Source: Takakia lepidozioides (Eukaryota > Plantae > Bryophyta). From it: 64,000 nt of DNA. A program made the translations under genes and the position numbers. The stretch is taken from the NCBI GenBank assembly GCA_030704615.1, contig CM060732.1, positions 69,378,001 to 69,442,000 of the forward strand. Direction: 5' to 3'. The number at the start of each line of letters is the position of its first letter. Position 1 is the first letter of the stretch. The notes beneath the pieces were generated by a model that searched no databases, was not told where the DNA came from, and worked only from the letters and a program-made list of their open reading frames with translations. Positions 50,146 through 64,000 of this stretch are shown in pieces.

Positions 50146-52483
50146 AGGCTCTCATACTCACATCTGCTCGCCGCCAATCAAAGGTGTACATCTGTGCCCT
50201 CAACACCCAGGAGTATGAGCCTTGTTTACCTGGGGAGGTTGAGCCTCTCTTTGGATGCGGAAGTTTTGTTAGCTTTCTTCTCTAACATTAGGGTGGCACT
50301 GGGTCTATGGGGATGCGGTGACGAGGAAGATATCAGCTGATGCTGTGGCTAACCTCATTGGGATGTGCAGTGATACTGCAAAAAGAGATATCCCAGGCCT
50401 TCTCTCCCCTGTACTCTTAATACAATCAAATGTATCAGTTCTTCACTCCATCTATGAAGTGGCATGGCTGTGTTTCATATGCTCTCAACGCACATCTGCA
50501 GTGAAATGCTTTTGATATCTTACAGAACTATGAGGCCGATATGTTTCATGTCCAAATCCATTGCCAACCACAGGCTTTCCACTCCGTTGATGACCAGACT
50601 CGGAGCACGACAAGGAGGGCTTGCTACACCAGAAATGGAGAAATTGCTCACCCTGAACGAGAAAAGTCTGAATTTTGCACTCAATCAAGACCTTGTTTGA
50701 CTCTATCAGCACAATGTCATGGCTTACTTGGTTCAGACCACATCTGTAAGTGAACTTGTATGTGAGGCCACCAGGATTACAAGCAGTTTGGCCGATGTGC
50801 CTTGACATTTGCTTTTCCAGTATTCAAGTACTTGATTGCAGTGTCTGCCCCCTGCCATGGCTGCTCCTTCTCCAAGAATGGAAACAGCAGCAAATGGAGG
50901 CAACACCTTAAGAACAATACTCAAAAGGATATAAGAACCTGAGAGGCAGGCAATGAGGGCATGTGAAAGAAGTTAACCTGTCACTCTCTGGAGCATTAGA
51001 CCCAAGGGCTGAGTGGGCAGAAGAATGAGCCTTACCACCAAAACAGTCACTGCAGGATAGACTGAACTGCAGGACACAACAGACATACTCACAACTGGGC
51101 ACCCCCTGTATTGTTTAAGGGCATTCTTTTCCTCTTATAGGGAGGAAGAGGGGAATTCCTGTCCTCATTGATGATTAAGTTTTCAATGGCACGTGCAACA
51201 ATCTTCAATGCTTCTCAACTAGTCAGAGACAATGTGATCATCTTGCCACTCACCAGTACCGGTTGTTGTGACCCCCAACATTTCAGGGCTACAAGGGTTT
51301 GAACATATTCATCATCTTGTTCCATGGATCCATTTTCATGACTAGTTTGAGGCAATGAGTCTTGGAAGGTCAGATTGACATCAGGAGAACTTCCCCTAGG
51401 ATGAATAAGCCTTCTCATCACATGTACCTTTCGAGGTTATGTGAAATCACAAGGATACTGCCTCTATGGGAAAACTGCACTTAGTTAAGGGACTTCTCTG
51501 TAATCCATACGAACAGTTCTGTGTTGTCTAAGATTCAAGCTGGTACTCCACCTTCCTCTTCTTGAGAATATGATCAGGTCATAGACCAGCTATACAGCTA
51601 GCAGTCACCTGTTCCAGCCCTACATCTGTGACATTGTACAATCCCTGTCCTACATGGCGAATGCAGGCCAACATAGGCCAATTGATCATCCTTAGGTTGT
51701 CAGAAAAGAACCTTTCAACATCCAGAGAGTAAGCTGTAGAGCACACAGAACCTAGGAGTTTGTCAGGTTAGCCTACTCCAAAGGCAAAGGATCTCAACCT
51801 TCTTCAGTTTTAACACTTTCATTTTGGCCTCAACTCACGTTCCCGAAACCTTCAGAAGCAATGTTTGCAAAGCAGGCTCAACCTTACATCCAAGTGCACA
51901 ATTCACATTCCCTGTCTGCAACACGCGGTTCTTGGACCTCAAAAGCCTAGAAAACTCTGAAGGTTTGGAAACTATTTGCACTGCTGACTGCTACCTCTCT
52001 CTTTCCCTGTAGGAGCACATGTGCCGGGGATATTATGACAGATTAACTTCCCAATTAACACCATATTTTGAGACTCTTATCCAAATTTCACAAAAATCTT
52101 TTCAGCATACAGTGCATTGATTGTAACTCAATGTTGCTTCATATGACAATGTTTTCTCATCAGGTAGCATGGGTACAAACTCTACAACAAGTTCAGCTTC
52201 CAAAATATGATGGTGTTGTCACTACGCAGACAAGTCTGGCTGAACAACAATGTCACATGACTAGCTGTGGGAACAATACAGATTGTACAACTTTCACTAA
52301 GAGAGGCAGGGCACACTCCAATTCGAGAGTCTATGACAATGTACAAAAACGTACCCCCAATCTACACTGTAAAAACATGTACAAAGAATTAGACATGACG
52401 TAGTCTTGATTAGGTATGCCTTCTTCACAGTGTTAGCTCACTATGAATTCCGATGCAATACAGGCACCCTTACAATCTCATGC

Positions 52484-53097
52484 TCATGCTCGTGGCTGCT
52501 GGATGCGGTACATGGCTCCCTTCCTGGGAGAACTGGCAACCTTGCTTGGAATCTTGTCATGCTGCTTCCCTGGCTCAAACTTATGCGCTTCAGGCTTCAG
52601 AGACTTGAGGTCGATGCAATCGTTGGCATTCCCCAGGTCTTGCTCATCCTCACAACGGGTGCCTGCAACCTCCAAATCGAACGTACAAACAGAGTCAGCT
52701 GCAAACAGAAACGCTAAGGCAGAGATGGAGACAAAATAACAAAGAACGGCGAAACTAGAATATGAATCTGAACCACCAAAATTGAGGAAACGTGAGCGGA
52801 CACACCATTGTCAGCAGTGAAAATCAAGGACTCCTGCGCAGCCTCCATTTCCAGTAGCTGCTCCTGGAGATCCACAAACTCATCAAGCTCATCAAACTCA
52901 TCCAGGTCATCATCGAGAAAATCTTCCTCGTCAATGCAATCAAACCGTTCCTTCATCCAGTATTCTCGAAAAGCGGGGCTCGTCTGCACCAGACTCCACC
53001 ATTCAGGAGAGAAGTCCTCCGCGGCCACAAACGCCGCTGGTACAAACAGAGGTGCGTTGGGGTTCAATGTCGATGCAATTGCAGTCTTCACAGCCAT
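52484..53097 (-). CDS. ERD15: ERD15-like / CID1-2 PAM2-motif poly(A)-binding-protein interactor, 2 exons
   Basis: STLNPNAPLFVP (PAM2), EDFSPEWWSLV..P.FREYW, an acidic tract and C-terminal IQQPR. Confidence 0.85.
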
Positions 53098-53646
53098 GGT
53101 GCTACAGCGTGACCAAAACGGCACAAGATCCCTAGCAAGTTCTTTCAGGCTCCCACTTGACGCAAAACGCCACACAGCAACAGTGAATGAACGGAAAAGC
53201 TCCAGACGAGCTCCGAACCATCAGCCCCAGACTACTGCAAAGAACAGCGAGATCCCCTCCAGGCCGAGCACAAGAATCGACACACGCTTTCACAAGCGAT
53301 GGTCAGAGAAGGAAGACGATGCGAGACCGAGGGCACGACGGGTTTATATGCGGAGCTGACCATCTGCCCGCGATGCTCACATCCGGACCCCGCGGTCCGG
53401 TCACCTTGTAACCCTGGTCGCCTTGCTGACCTTCGGTTACTAACGATTTTCTGCCACTTTACCGATAACCCGCTCTCTTGTAACTACCGCAAGTATTTTT
53501 CAGTAAATCGTATCTAACCAGCACTACTGTAGTTCACCACTGATGAGTATCTAAAGCAGCTTCACACTCCGCAGAACTTGTTGATGCATTTCACTTTTCT
53601 GCCCTCATGTTTGTGGCGCTCTTGTTGCGGTATGATGCCTGCTTGT

Positions 53647-56600
53647 TCACCAGTAATCCCCGCAAGAGCAAAGCCCATCTTGGAAGTGGTGGAAGCGGTT
53701 GGCGTCTCGTACGACGATTGCACGGTTGGCAATCTTTGAGATGAATTTGGTGGCTGTGTGGCAGTCGCCACACACCCGGAGGTTCTTGATGAGACGGAGA
53801 GGTGTACCGGGGGATGTGCTGATGAGCCCAAATGCAATGGCCAGTTTCTCTCCGTGGTAGCTAAGGGAAAATTGCTTTTGCTCCTCCTCCACATTGTGTA
53901 ATACAAAGTGCGTGTCAGGCATGTACCCAGCCTCCTTCATTTCTGCAGACAATCTCTTCAGCTCGGCATGAATTTCCTCAATTTGTGGATGCAATTTGTC
54001 GTCTGAAGCGAATGTGTGCACCTGGTTGCCCACCTCAATGCAGCAACGCCCTGGCAGCTTTTGGACCTCTCTGTCCTCCATCATTTTTCTGACCTTTGCT
54101 GTATCATCCCACCTGCCAGCAGCGGCATAGATGTTTGATAGCAGCACGTAAGTTGCAGCATCGTGAGGATCCATCTGGAGAAGGCATTTTGCTGCACGTT
54201 CTGCTACCTCCACATTGCCATGCATTCTGCAGGCACCAAGCAAGGCCCCCCAGGCTGCAGCATGTGGTTCCATTGGCATTCTGTTAATGATATCCTCTGC
54301 CTGAGCCAATCGCCCTGCACGTCCAAGAAGGTCCACCATGCAGCCAAAATGCTCCACTGTAGGAGTCAGGCCATGCTGTTGACTCATAGAATCAAAGTAG
54401 TGACTGCCTTCATCCACTAGGCCTGCATAGCTGCATACAGAAAGGAGACATATGAAGGTGATACCATTCGGCTTCAAGCCTTCCTGTTGCATTTTTTCAA
54501 ATAGGTGCAGGGCCTCTGTACTAATGGCATGCTGAGCATATCCTGTGATCATTGCACTCCAGGAAATTACATCTCGCTTAGCCATATTGTCAAATACTTG
54601 ACGCGCATCCTCTATATTCCCACACTTGGCATACATGTCAACAAGGGAATTCTCCAGACTGATATTCGGCTCAATCCCAGTTTTGATGATGCCGGCATGG
54701 ATTTCTTTGCCCTTTTCCAGGGCTCCTAGGCTGGCACATGCATTAAGAACGCAAATAAATGTGACCTTGTCTGGCTTCAACCCTCCCTGTATCATTTGCT
54801 CATACATCTTGATAGCCTGTGTACCACGCCCAAGCTTAGCATATCCTGCAATCATTGCATTCCATGAGATCACATCCGGCTTCAGGCCCTGCTGCAGCAT
54901 TTGTTCAAATAGTTGCAGGGCTTCCCTACTGTACCCATGCTGAGCATATCCTGCAATTATGGCGGTCCAGGAGACCACATTTCGTTTAGCCATTTTGTCG
55001 AACACTAGATGTGCATCCTTTATGTTTCCGCATTTGACATACATGTCGACCAGGGCAGTCTCCAGAATGATATCGGCCTCAGTTCCAGCTCTTGTGATAG
55101 CATCATGGACCTCTTTGCCCTTTTCCAGGGCTCTTAGGCCAGCACATGCCTTGAGAATGCAAGTGAACGTGACGTTGTTGGGCGTCACCCCTTCCTGTAG
55201 CATTTGCTCATAGATCTCAAATGCCTCGCTACCAGACCCATGCTTGGTACAGCCTGCCATCATTGTATTCCATGTAACCGTATCTCGGTCAGGCATTCTG
55301 TCAAATACAACGCGTGCATCCACCACACTCCCACACTTGATATACATGTTGAGGAGGGTATTGTATAGAAAGATGTTGGGTTTGAATCCACTTTGGATGA
55401 TGTGGGAGTGCACCTGCTTGCCCTCTCCTAAGCCTTTTATCTTAATGCATTCCTGCAAGAGACAGACGTAAGTATTGGAGTCTGCTGAAAAGCCTTGTTG
55501 GTTCAAAATGTGCAGCGCCTCTTTCACTTGTCCTGCCTTACACAGCATCCTCAAATCCTCACAAGTGCCGGAAGATTTCTCAGGGACTGCATCTCTCGTT
55601 TGTCTTTCACAAGCAGTGGAGGTGTCCAATTTAAACAACTGTGCTGCTGCTGCTGCTTTCAGTTGATCATCTACCCACACAGGTTTCTTGTAGCTATCTA
55701 TCCAGAGTCCCTCGTAGGTACCCTTGTGTTTAAAATCTGGTCCTCGGGGATTGATCTGCACATACATGTTAGCTTCCTTCAGCTATCCCTGCCTCCACAC
55801 CACAAATGCACAGATCCTCCCCTTTGCCGCAAATAGCAGATAATGACAACCCAACTTAAAGAGCCCACACCCGAACCTTACCTACCAGACTCTAGATCTC
55901 ACACTGAATCGGAGGCAGGAAAAGTGTATGCGTGGGTTTGTCGGTGGCACAGTCAATGAAGTAATCTATAATGATTGATTGATTTGAGGGCGAGCATTGA
56001 CCTAATGCTACAAATCACAAGGTTTGTATCAGCACCCCTATGTTAGCCCTCCACAATCTACATGCCACATGTTGCTAACTTTACACTGCCACTGTGCTTG
56101 ATACAGAAGTGCAAAAGTAAATGTGGTCATTGACCTTGTGACTGGTCACCTCATGGCATTAAACCCATGTATGATCCCCCTCTCAACGCTGGTTAAAGAG
56201 TTTCAACCACAAGCTTATTTGAGAAGCCCAGAATTGCTATAAACCATGAGGATGATCCAGCAGAGCTCCTCTACCCCTCTAGCTTGCAAAATGTGAATCA
56301 TGTGAATTTGGTTTGGAACTGAGTGGATTAATGCACTGGCACTGCCCTCACCCTAGAAAGCAGGAGATTGAACCAGGACTGCTGCACCAATCCTCTAGCT
56401 TTTACGTCTGTGAAGCAGTTTTGAAGGAAAAGGGAGCACAAAAAGAGAAAGAAGGAACAAACGAGTGGTGCTATATAAATCTATAACAGAGTTTTCCAAC
56501 TCATCTTGTTTTCAGCCTTCTGCTGTAACATAGCAGGCATTCACCTTATTGCCTCGATCGTCCCACCATTGCCTGGGGTTTGCAAAATACTCCTTCCAAA

Positions 56601-58069
56601 GCTTCTCCACATCTGTATTTTGGTTTTTTGGATAGTTGCCTGCAACCCCAGTAGCAATAACCCGTCAAAAACCCTCAGGTCCAGCATAAATCCACCAGAC
56701 AAGCCTAATCACAAAGCATATGATAAAAAAGTGAAATGGTGTGAGTGTTCTTTCAGCAATCCCCATTTGGAAACGTATGAAGAAAGAAAGAGGCAGAAGA
56801 AGGGGCAAACTTGCAGTTAGCACCTGGTCCAGCAGATAGAGGAGGAAACAAGAATCCTGGACCTGGAGCCATTATACTGCTGGCAACATCCTTTAAGAGG
56901 CACCCTTATCAAAGCACCTGAAAGTAAATTAAGTGCTAGTCAATGTGAAATACTGCAGGAAGCAGACTCAGCATTATCACCTGATCCATCTTGCAGAGGC
57001 ATTTCATGATACTCATCCCTAGCTAATTCCAGCATCTCTGATGGAACATCCACCCATGCAGGTTCCATGTCGTCATCAATCCACAGTGCCTCATCGGTAC
57101 TAATGTTCTGCAAATCTGGTCCTACGGAATGGATCTGCACCCACACTCCATCCCTGCTCCAGCTATCCCTGTCTTGATAACAAAATATGCATGGATCCTT
57201 CCCCTTGCTGCTACTGCTGACAATGACAGCCAATAACTTAACATGGCAAGCAACCTATGCCTTCCTACCAGACATAGTTTCAATGCTGAATTCATGGTAA
57301 GACTAAAAAGATGTGTTTGAGGGAGAGAGGGAGAATGAGATAATAATTCCTTGGCATAGTTGGCTCAGAGATTCCCCTTGTAGGATACCATCAGATACTA
57401 GGCAATTGACAGTAAATTGAGACTAGATCAATGCACTAGTATTATCCACCTACAGAAAGCGGGAGCTGATCAAAACCGTCTATCTTGCAATATGTTAATG
57501 TTGTTTCAGTGTGGTGAGGGGAAAGGGAGAGAGAGAGATCTTTGGTGCAATCTTTACTTGGGGAGATAAAAATGCAATGCATCCTGGTGTCTACCTTCTG
57601 CTGTAACATAACAGGCAATCACCTTTGTGCCTCGATAGTCCCACCATTGAGCAGGATTTGAAGAATACTCTTTCCGAAGGTTGTCCACCTCCGTCTTTTG
57701 GCTTATGGGATACCTGCCTGTGTTGTCGACTTCCTCGACGATTGTGATGGCAATGGGAAGTGACCGCTCAGTTTTCTTCACCTCCAGGTGGCGTCCTTGC
57801 TCATGCCCCTTTCCATAAACCTTGTCCCCCTGTGATGGTCTACACGTCACCGCAATTGGATTAAAATTGCTCGAAACAAATCCCAGATCAATGCAGCCTC
57901 GAAACTGCAGAGAAGCGCAGAGAGTGCACAGTCCCCGCCTTCTTGAAGGTTTCAGCCCAGTGCCAGGCTTCCAAGCAGCATGGGCTCGTAGAGACTTGTG
58001 ATGGCAATCCGATATGCCTCGAGAAGATGTTGAGAAGGCAGGCATGTTCCCCACAGCATGACCTGCCAT
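53647..58069 (-). CDS. PLS-class PPR-E-DYW RNA editing factor with two N-terminal OSB-type PDF motifs, ~934 aa
   Basis: Phase-compatible exons 58069-57623, 57134-56981, 56639-56545 and 55755-53647. PLS repeats, PG box, HGEKLA..CGDCH..CSCGDYW. Spliced FANPRQWWDDRGNK|INPRGPDFKHKGTYEGLWID. Confidence 0.88.
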
Positions 58070-59127
58070 GTCTGCACCTTCTCCAACTCTTGTTCCAGAC
58101 CCTTTTACTACTGCTCTTAAGAGGGTGAGTGGGTGACATCTATCAGGCAGCACGTCAAGTACCAATAGAGAAGAAGAGATAGTGACTTTGCATCTAATAC
58201 AGGTCAGAAAAAGAGCGTACCGACAATCTAGCGTGTCTCATAGAACGGCCATAAATCGGTATGTCGATTCCATGTTTGGTTATGCAACACCGTTCTACCA
58301 TCTCACACCACCGAAGCTCAAGAGGGTGTGTCACTCTTCCACAAAACAAGCCCTTGTGCTCTTCTTCGTTGTGTACCCACAGAAAAAACCAGATTGCAAA
58401 CACAGCGCACGCCAGATGTTGTTATTGCTGTCTATCTTGCACTTTCAAGGAAACCTTATTTTATACTTACGGCCACCAACAGAGTTTAGAGATGGAAAAG
58501 CTTCACGGACCAAAACAGCAAGTCATCCCTGCTTTCAAAGCTCCAAATTGGAGTTTCTTGAGCTCACGGTTTCACTTCTGGCAACCCATCTCTGTAATGA
58601 GCCCTCTTCTCGGTTTCTACCAGAAATTGGAATCACGTCAAAGTTTCTTGTACTCCTTCAATCTAGCATACTAGGAATCCTATCCGTTTCGGAATCACAG
58701 ATTTTGGACGTTTAGAACACTTCGAGTTGGCGATCGCTTTCCTGACATCAGTTTGCAGTATCAAAGACTGCAATAACATCCTGTCTGCACAAGAAACATC
58801 CCACTAACGAACAACAAGTGATACACCCATGAATCCCTCTCACTGTGCACGCTTGAATGAAATTTCGAAAAGTGTGGATCTAGCAGCTGCGTGTCCTTTG
58901 TGGGTGGACGGAAGCGATGAGAAACATGTTCCTGTATGTTCCCAATGGATCTATCATGTCATTTATGGCGTTGTTCACTCGTCCAATGACAGAGGAAAGC
59001 AAGCCACTTGAGCGTTGTGGTTTTGCTTCTTTCCGTTTGTTGTGATCTATCTCATTTCCATTTGCTCTTCTCCTTTCCGTTGGGGTCTCTCTGGAGTCTG
59101 GAGTTGTTGCCGTGAGAAGGAAGGAGA

Positions 59128-62074
59128 ATGAATCCATTGACGCAAGTGAAGAACACACAAAAGATTACAGCGCGGGAGCAAGCGGCGGGCATATCAGAGG
59201 AAGGATCGTGGCATGTCAAGTATAAGGACTCTGCCTACGTTTATGTGGGCGGTCTGCCCTTTGATCTCACTGAAGGCGATCTACTTGCCGTCTTTGCCCA
59301 GTTAGTACTTACTTCTCTCACCTCTTTCTCTCTCGGGACAGTGACTTGCGAAGCTTTGGGTGCGTCACCTAGATATTCAATGGAATGACGATTTCCAGTC
59401 AATGTATTCACCTCTGGTACGCCAGATGTCTAAAATACTCGTGCACAATCAGGCAACCGGTTTTGCAAGGGGGTGGTGATATAGAGATCCTCGGGTTGTA
59501 GGGCTTTAGGTTTAGGGTTAAGGGTGCAGATGGTTTTCTACTCCCCTGTTGAGGTTGAATTTCTGTTTTACGCAAGTCGCCACGAATGGACCTGCATGCA
59601 TATCAGCACTCTAGCCCTCTAACTTAACATGTATACAGCAGATGTTGTGATTGCACTGTCCCAGAATCAAATAGAAAATCTGTCAGCTTTGAGAGGCTCC
59701 AGTTGTGGTGTTGACTTGAAAATTAAGTTGATCCTGGATTCAACTGAGAGGGATCGAAGAGAAAGACAAGTTGCATGCAGTATATTGAAATGTCCAGACT
59801 GACATGTGGCCAGGTATGGGGAGGTGGTGGATGTAAATTTGGTGAGAGACAAGGGAACTGGGAAATCCAGAGGTTTTGCATTCTTGGCCTATGAAGACCA
59901 ACGCAGCACTATCCTGGCTGTGGGTAAGTGAAGATCACTTCCTCCATGATGGTCTATTAAGCAGTTTACTTTAAGAGAGTAGCTACCTAAATACTTCAAG
60001 TATGTCCACTTGGAGTGTTGGATGGAATATTTATTGGGCTACAGAGAGGTAGGAAGTTGGGAAGGATGTGTAGGGATATGTGCAAGTGTGTGGTGAAGTC
60101 TCTAGCTGCTCTGATGTTGAGCTGTGGTTGAGTCTTTTGTGGTTACTAAGATTCAAGTTGGCATCAAACTATTAGACCTCTTTCCCCACCCTGTGATTGC
60201 TTGAGAAGTCAGCTTTTAGTGAACATAGTCAACGTTTAGTGATGGTTTGGTGAGGGGTGTCAATCCTTGGAATTGCACTTCTTTTCTGGTATCCATGTTG
60301 AGTACACTGCAACCACCATGCAGATAACTTCAATGGGGCCAAGGTTCTAGGGCGCATCATGAAAGTGGACCATGTTGCTGACTATAAGAGGAAACAAGAA
60401 GAAGACGAAGAAGAGGAACAGCGCAAGAGAGAAGAACGTGGGGTGTGTTATGCATTTCAGCGTGGTGAATGCAACCGTGGTTCTGCTTGTAAATTCTCAC
60501 ATGACGAGAAGGTAGGTTGGTCTTGATTATACCTCTTCAACCTTTGTAGACTTCCGGACTCCAACTAGCAGACAGACCACTGAGGATGGACATGTACTCA
60601 TAAGATGTTGTTTGCCCTAGCCTTGTGGCCATAGACCCCGCGCCCAGTTTGTGCGGAACTAAAGGGAACAGAGAGTATTGTGAGGGGCTGACTCTGGTAG
60701 TTGGACTTACCTTGGTGTAGACAATTAGTTCAGGCTTTCCAGAGCCCTTCACACAAGCATCAACTTGATGTGTGTGATCTGCCCAGCAATTAGACCTCGA
60801 CACGGCCATGGCTTTAGGCTCAGCCTGAAGATTTTCTAAGTTGGAGATGAAAGGTGCAGGGACATTGTCCTTGATGTTCCTGAAGGGAGTCACTCTCTAG
60901 TGAGAGTATCCCGGACAAGGTATATTGTCTTAAGGCTGCCGCACATTGGGCAATTACAATCTCCTTTTCCTCCCTGCATCTGTTTATTGTTTAAGGTAGG
61001 CTTCCTGCCCTGAGCTTAAATTTTAGTCTAGTGCCAAGGGTAGGTAGGCCCAGGGAGGGAGGAAAGAGAGAAAAATGCTTTATAACGTCCGCAGAGAGCT
61101 CACAGAGCTTATGGGACAAGAGAGAGAAAGAAACAAGAACGAGAGAGGGGCCCTCGACAAGCAGCCCAAAAGCAAGTATTGCTCAAGGGATTGTCTAGTA
61201 GTCAATGCCTCATGCAGGTAAGCTGCCAAGCATTTCTGATCCTTGTAGTGAAAAACCTCTGTGAGACATTCGGTATCACAGAGTATGCTGTTGTTTCTGG
61301 CAAGTGGGGCATAGGCAGTCCTCAGGCAGCCTGCAGGTTGTACCACCTACCAGTCTCTATCTGCAAACTGGGAGCCCACCTTGAACCTCCCCAATGCCCT
61401 TACAAGATGTACTCATAAGACGTTGTTTGCCGCCAATGCCCTTAGAAGAGAGGGAGATCGAGCTGCAGACAGGTACTTGAGCCGCATGTTTCTATCATGA
61501 CGGAGGACCAAGGATGTCTCCCGAGAGGGTGAGAGAGCGAGAGAGAGAGAGGTGGAAGGGGGTCTATGTTGGCCAGTGCGACATCTAATAATTGAACCTG
61601 TTTGTGAGCAAACCGGGCGTATGTGATCTGATCCAAGTTCCTCAGACTTCCCCCCACAGCTTGGACATAGACTTAATACTTGTAGTGTATCACTTCATGT
61701 TGCAGAGAAATGCCAACACTGGTTGGGGTCCAAAAGAAGACGGCCCTAAGTGGGGGCATGATCGTTTCGATGGTTCCATGAAAGATGCGGACAGAAGGAT
61801 AAGCATGTCGCAAAGGAAGGACAACAACAGGAGTGAAAGAGAAGAAAAATGGCGAGAAGGTGACCCCTCCCCGAGACATGATAGGCCTGGTAACAAACTG
61901 GTGGAGGATCGGCAGCCAACGAGCCCACTCAGGAAAAAACGGGAGTTCGACAGAAGAGGAAGAGACCATGATACGAGAGAGAAACGAGATGACGAAAGTG
62001 GAGAGAGACGAGGTTATGACCGGAGAGGAAGGGATGATGATAAGCGGGCTTCATATTCCAGACCAAGACCATAG
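59128..62074 (+). CDS. RBMX2: RBMX2/Snu17-like RES-complex splicing factor (RRM, CCCH finger, RD-rich tail)
   Basis: Exons 59128-59300, 59814-59923, 60324-60511 and 61706-62074. [63 protein letters not shown]. Confidence 0.93.
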
Positions 62075-62589
62075 CTTGATGGACATGGTACCGATCCACA
62101 GAGCACTTTCTGAATTGTATGCCATTAAAATGCCACTTAAATTGTAACAAGAGGAGTCATTGAGTGAAGATTTGACTTCTTTGCAGAGCCCTCAAATAAT
62201 GGAAGGAGCTGATCCAGCTGAGTTGTTTGGCTTGTTGTTTCCTTCAATTTTAGGGCTAATGCCTTGACTGGGAGGTTGTTACGACAGACCTGGTACTTAG
62301 TGTGCAAGTTACCAAATCTCTCAAAGAGACTACCTTCACCATTTGGCCCACCTTATTACGGAAATCCACCTGTGATTTGCAATTGTGAAAGCGTCCCATA
62401 AGGAATCTTTTATTTGTGATTTGAGTTTCTTTCGAGCCCTTTCTTCTTATGTTGCAAATTTGAGGTCTGCAGTCAGGTGTGGGATTATTTTATTTGTGAT
62501 GCCTCTCTTTTATGAGAGGCCAGCCAAGGAAGGCTCCAAGGAGGGGCCTGAGACTGTTGAGATGGATTCAAATCCCCTTGACTCCTGAT

Positions 62590-62665
62590 ACAGACGTTGA
62601 ACTGGTGAAGAACAACGCGGTGTGGGGTCGCAAATCTGCTGTAGCATTGGCTAAAATAACTGGAA
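62590..62665 (+). pseudogene. Possible C-terminal fragment of pseudouridine-5'-phosphate glycosidase
   Basis: DVELVKNNAVWGRKSAVALAK resembles the recalled PsuG C-terminal motif NIALVKNNAxxGAxIAVAL; very short. Confidence 0.35.
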
Positions 62666-64000
62666 GTCAGGAAATTATCCCAGACTTACCCATTCCACAG
62701 ATCCAAAAGATGCAGGCCGGTACTCTGTGGCCCGTTCGATGCCATATCATGAGTATCAGATCTTAGTTATAAGCTCAATTCGTTTGAGCTTCTTACTTTG
62801 CTTGATTGGCACCGCAATGAGAGGGATAGAAATAGAGCTTACTGCAGACCCTGGATTCCCCTTTGAAATCCCATCCAACTAACACCAGCTCCTATATGTT
62901 GAGCTCATTATGCCCTCCATCTTGTTAGCAGGCACACAGATATAAACCATGGAGAGACAATGCGATGTTCTGCCTCTGGATCATTGTGATGACGAGACCG
63001 ACCCCCTTGAGGTACTCACCTATCATTCTGTGAACCATTCTCCTGCAAGGACATCTGCTTTGATGAATTGTCTCTACTATAAATAGAGACTGGTGCTCAC
63101 AAGCATGTTCTTTCTTTTGGGTTTCTTTCAAAGGAGAGGCAAATTGTGTTCTTGATAAAAGAGATGCAATCGTCACCTGGGGCGAAGAAACCACAGTGTC
63201 CTCAACTTGATCGGTACAATGCTTGAATCACCCACAAACAAGCAAGCTCAGCCTTGCTGAATGACCAGCACAAACTTCTTCCCTGATGGTTTTCAGTGCT
63301 CTTCAGACTGCGTGTGTACCATTTCCATTTGCAATTGAATCCAGTTCCGAAGAGTCTAGAGTGGATTTGTGAAACTGGGCACCCATGCTCCTTGGTTTGC
63401 AATTTGGTGAGCACCGGGTTCTTGAATGCAATGGAGTGCATTACTTTCAACCACATGCAGCATATAGCAGGATACGAGAGAGGTGAAAGATAATGCATTG
63501 CTGATTATTGCGATATTTTCCTTGAAGAATTGTGTCCTATTGAGGTTGGAGGTTTCCTTTTCTTTTATGATACTAATAAGAGTAGCACTTGCAGAATGAT
63601 ACTTGCAGAAATTGGCGTGGGACTGGTCGTCTGTCCCAAGTATCTTATTGTGCTTTTGGCCTCTATCAGGAGAATACCATCAAATGAGCCGCGCATCAAG
63701 GGGTCACTCGAACGCTCTTGCAACTTGTGCAATCCCAAATGATGTGATAGCTCCTGGAAACGACAGTTACGAAAGATTGATGATCTTGTGCATCAGCAGG
63801 AAAAACATGCAAAAACTTGTCTATGTTATGAGGAGGAGATCACCAGCACAAAGGTATCCTTGGCTTTGTCAAGATTGTCTGCAACGGTGGGGGCCTGTTG
63901 CCGAAACTGACTCAGTGGATATGCCTTCAACTCTTCAATTGCTGCTACACTATCCCACCCCACCCTACATTTGTCATGGGATTGGCATCTGAGTGTGTAC

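Noticed and set aside
58182-58715. 177-aa ORF between the PPR and RBMX2 genes
   Set aside because: No recognisable motif; lies in the divergent promoter/UTR region.
62900-64000. Short ORFs at the right window end
   Set aside because: No recognisable domains or consistent exon structure.

Overview
Eukaryotic nuclear DNA from a land plant, probably a non-seed lineage (inferred from the style of the PLS-DYW PPR genes and GT-AG introns). The left ~48 kb is nested, decayed transposon sequence. The right ~15 kb is gene-rich: intronless chlorophyll synthase, an ERD15/PAM2 gene, a PDF-motif-PPR-DYW gene and an RBMX2/Snu17-like RRM-CCCH gene. The main finding is a Mutator-like (MULE) module present as two divergent families, A (1-8118, plus an inverted deleted copy at 13777-18432) and B (35817-43804). 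In both, a Zn-finger/DDE/SWIM transposase lies head-to-head with a multi-intron passenger gene. That gene encodes an N-terminal ParB/Srx-like domain (DGNHRxxA) and, in family A, a C-terminal beta-order N4-C/N6-A DNA methyltransferase-like domain. In both families its long first intron carries an array of family-specific CG-centred palindromes. All copies here are pseudogenised. Other observations: a TTAA-flanked piggyBac-like element just upstream of chlG, a 4.6-kb hierarchical palindrome/foldback array, a kinase relic cut by a CACTA end, and hAT, LTR and At4g13970-type MULE remnants. All family assignments are by manual motif recognition; no database search was run.
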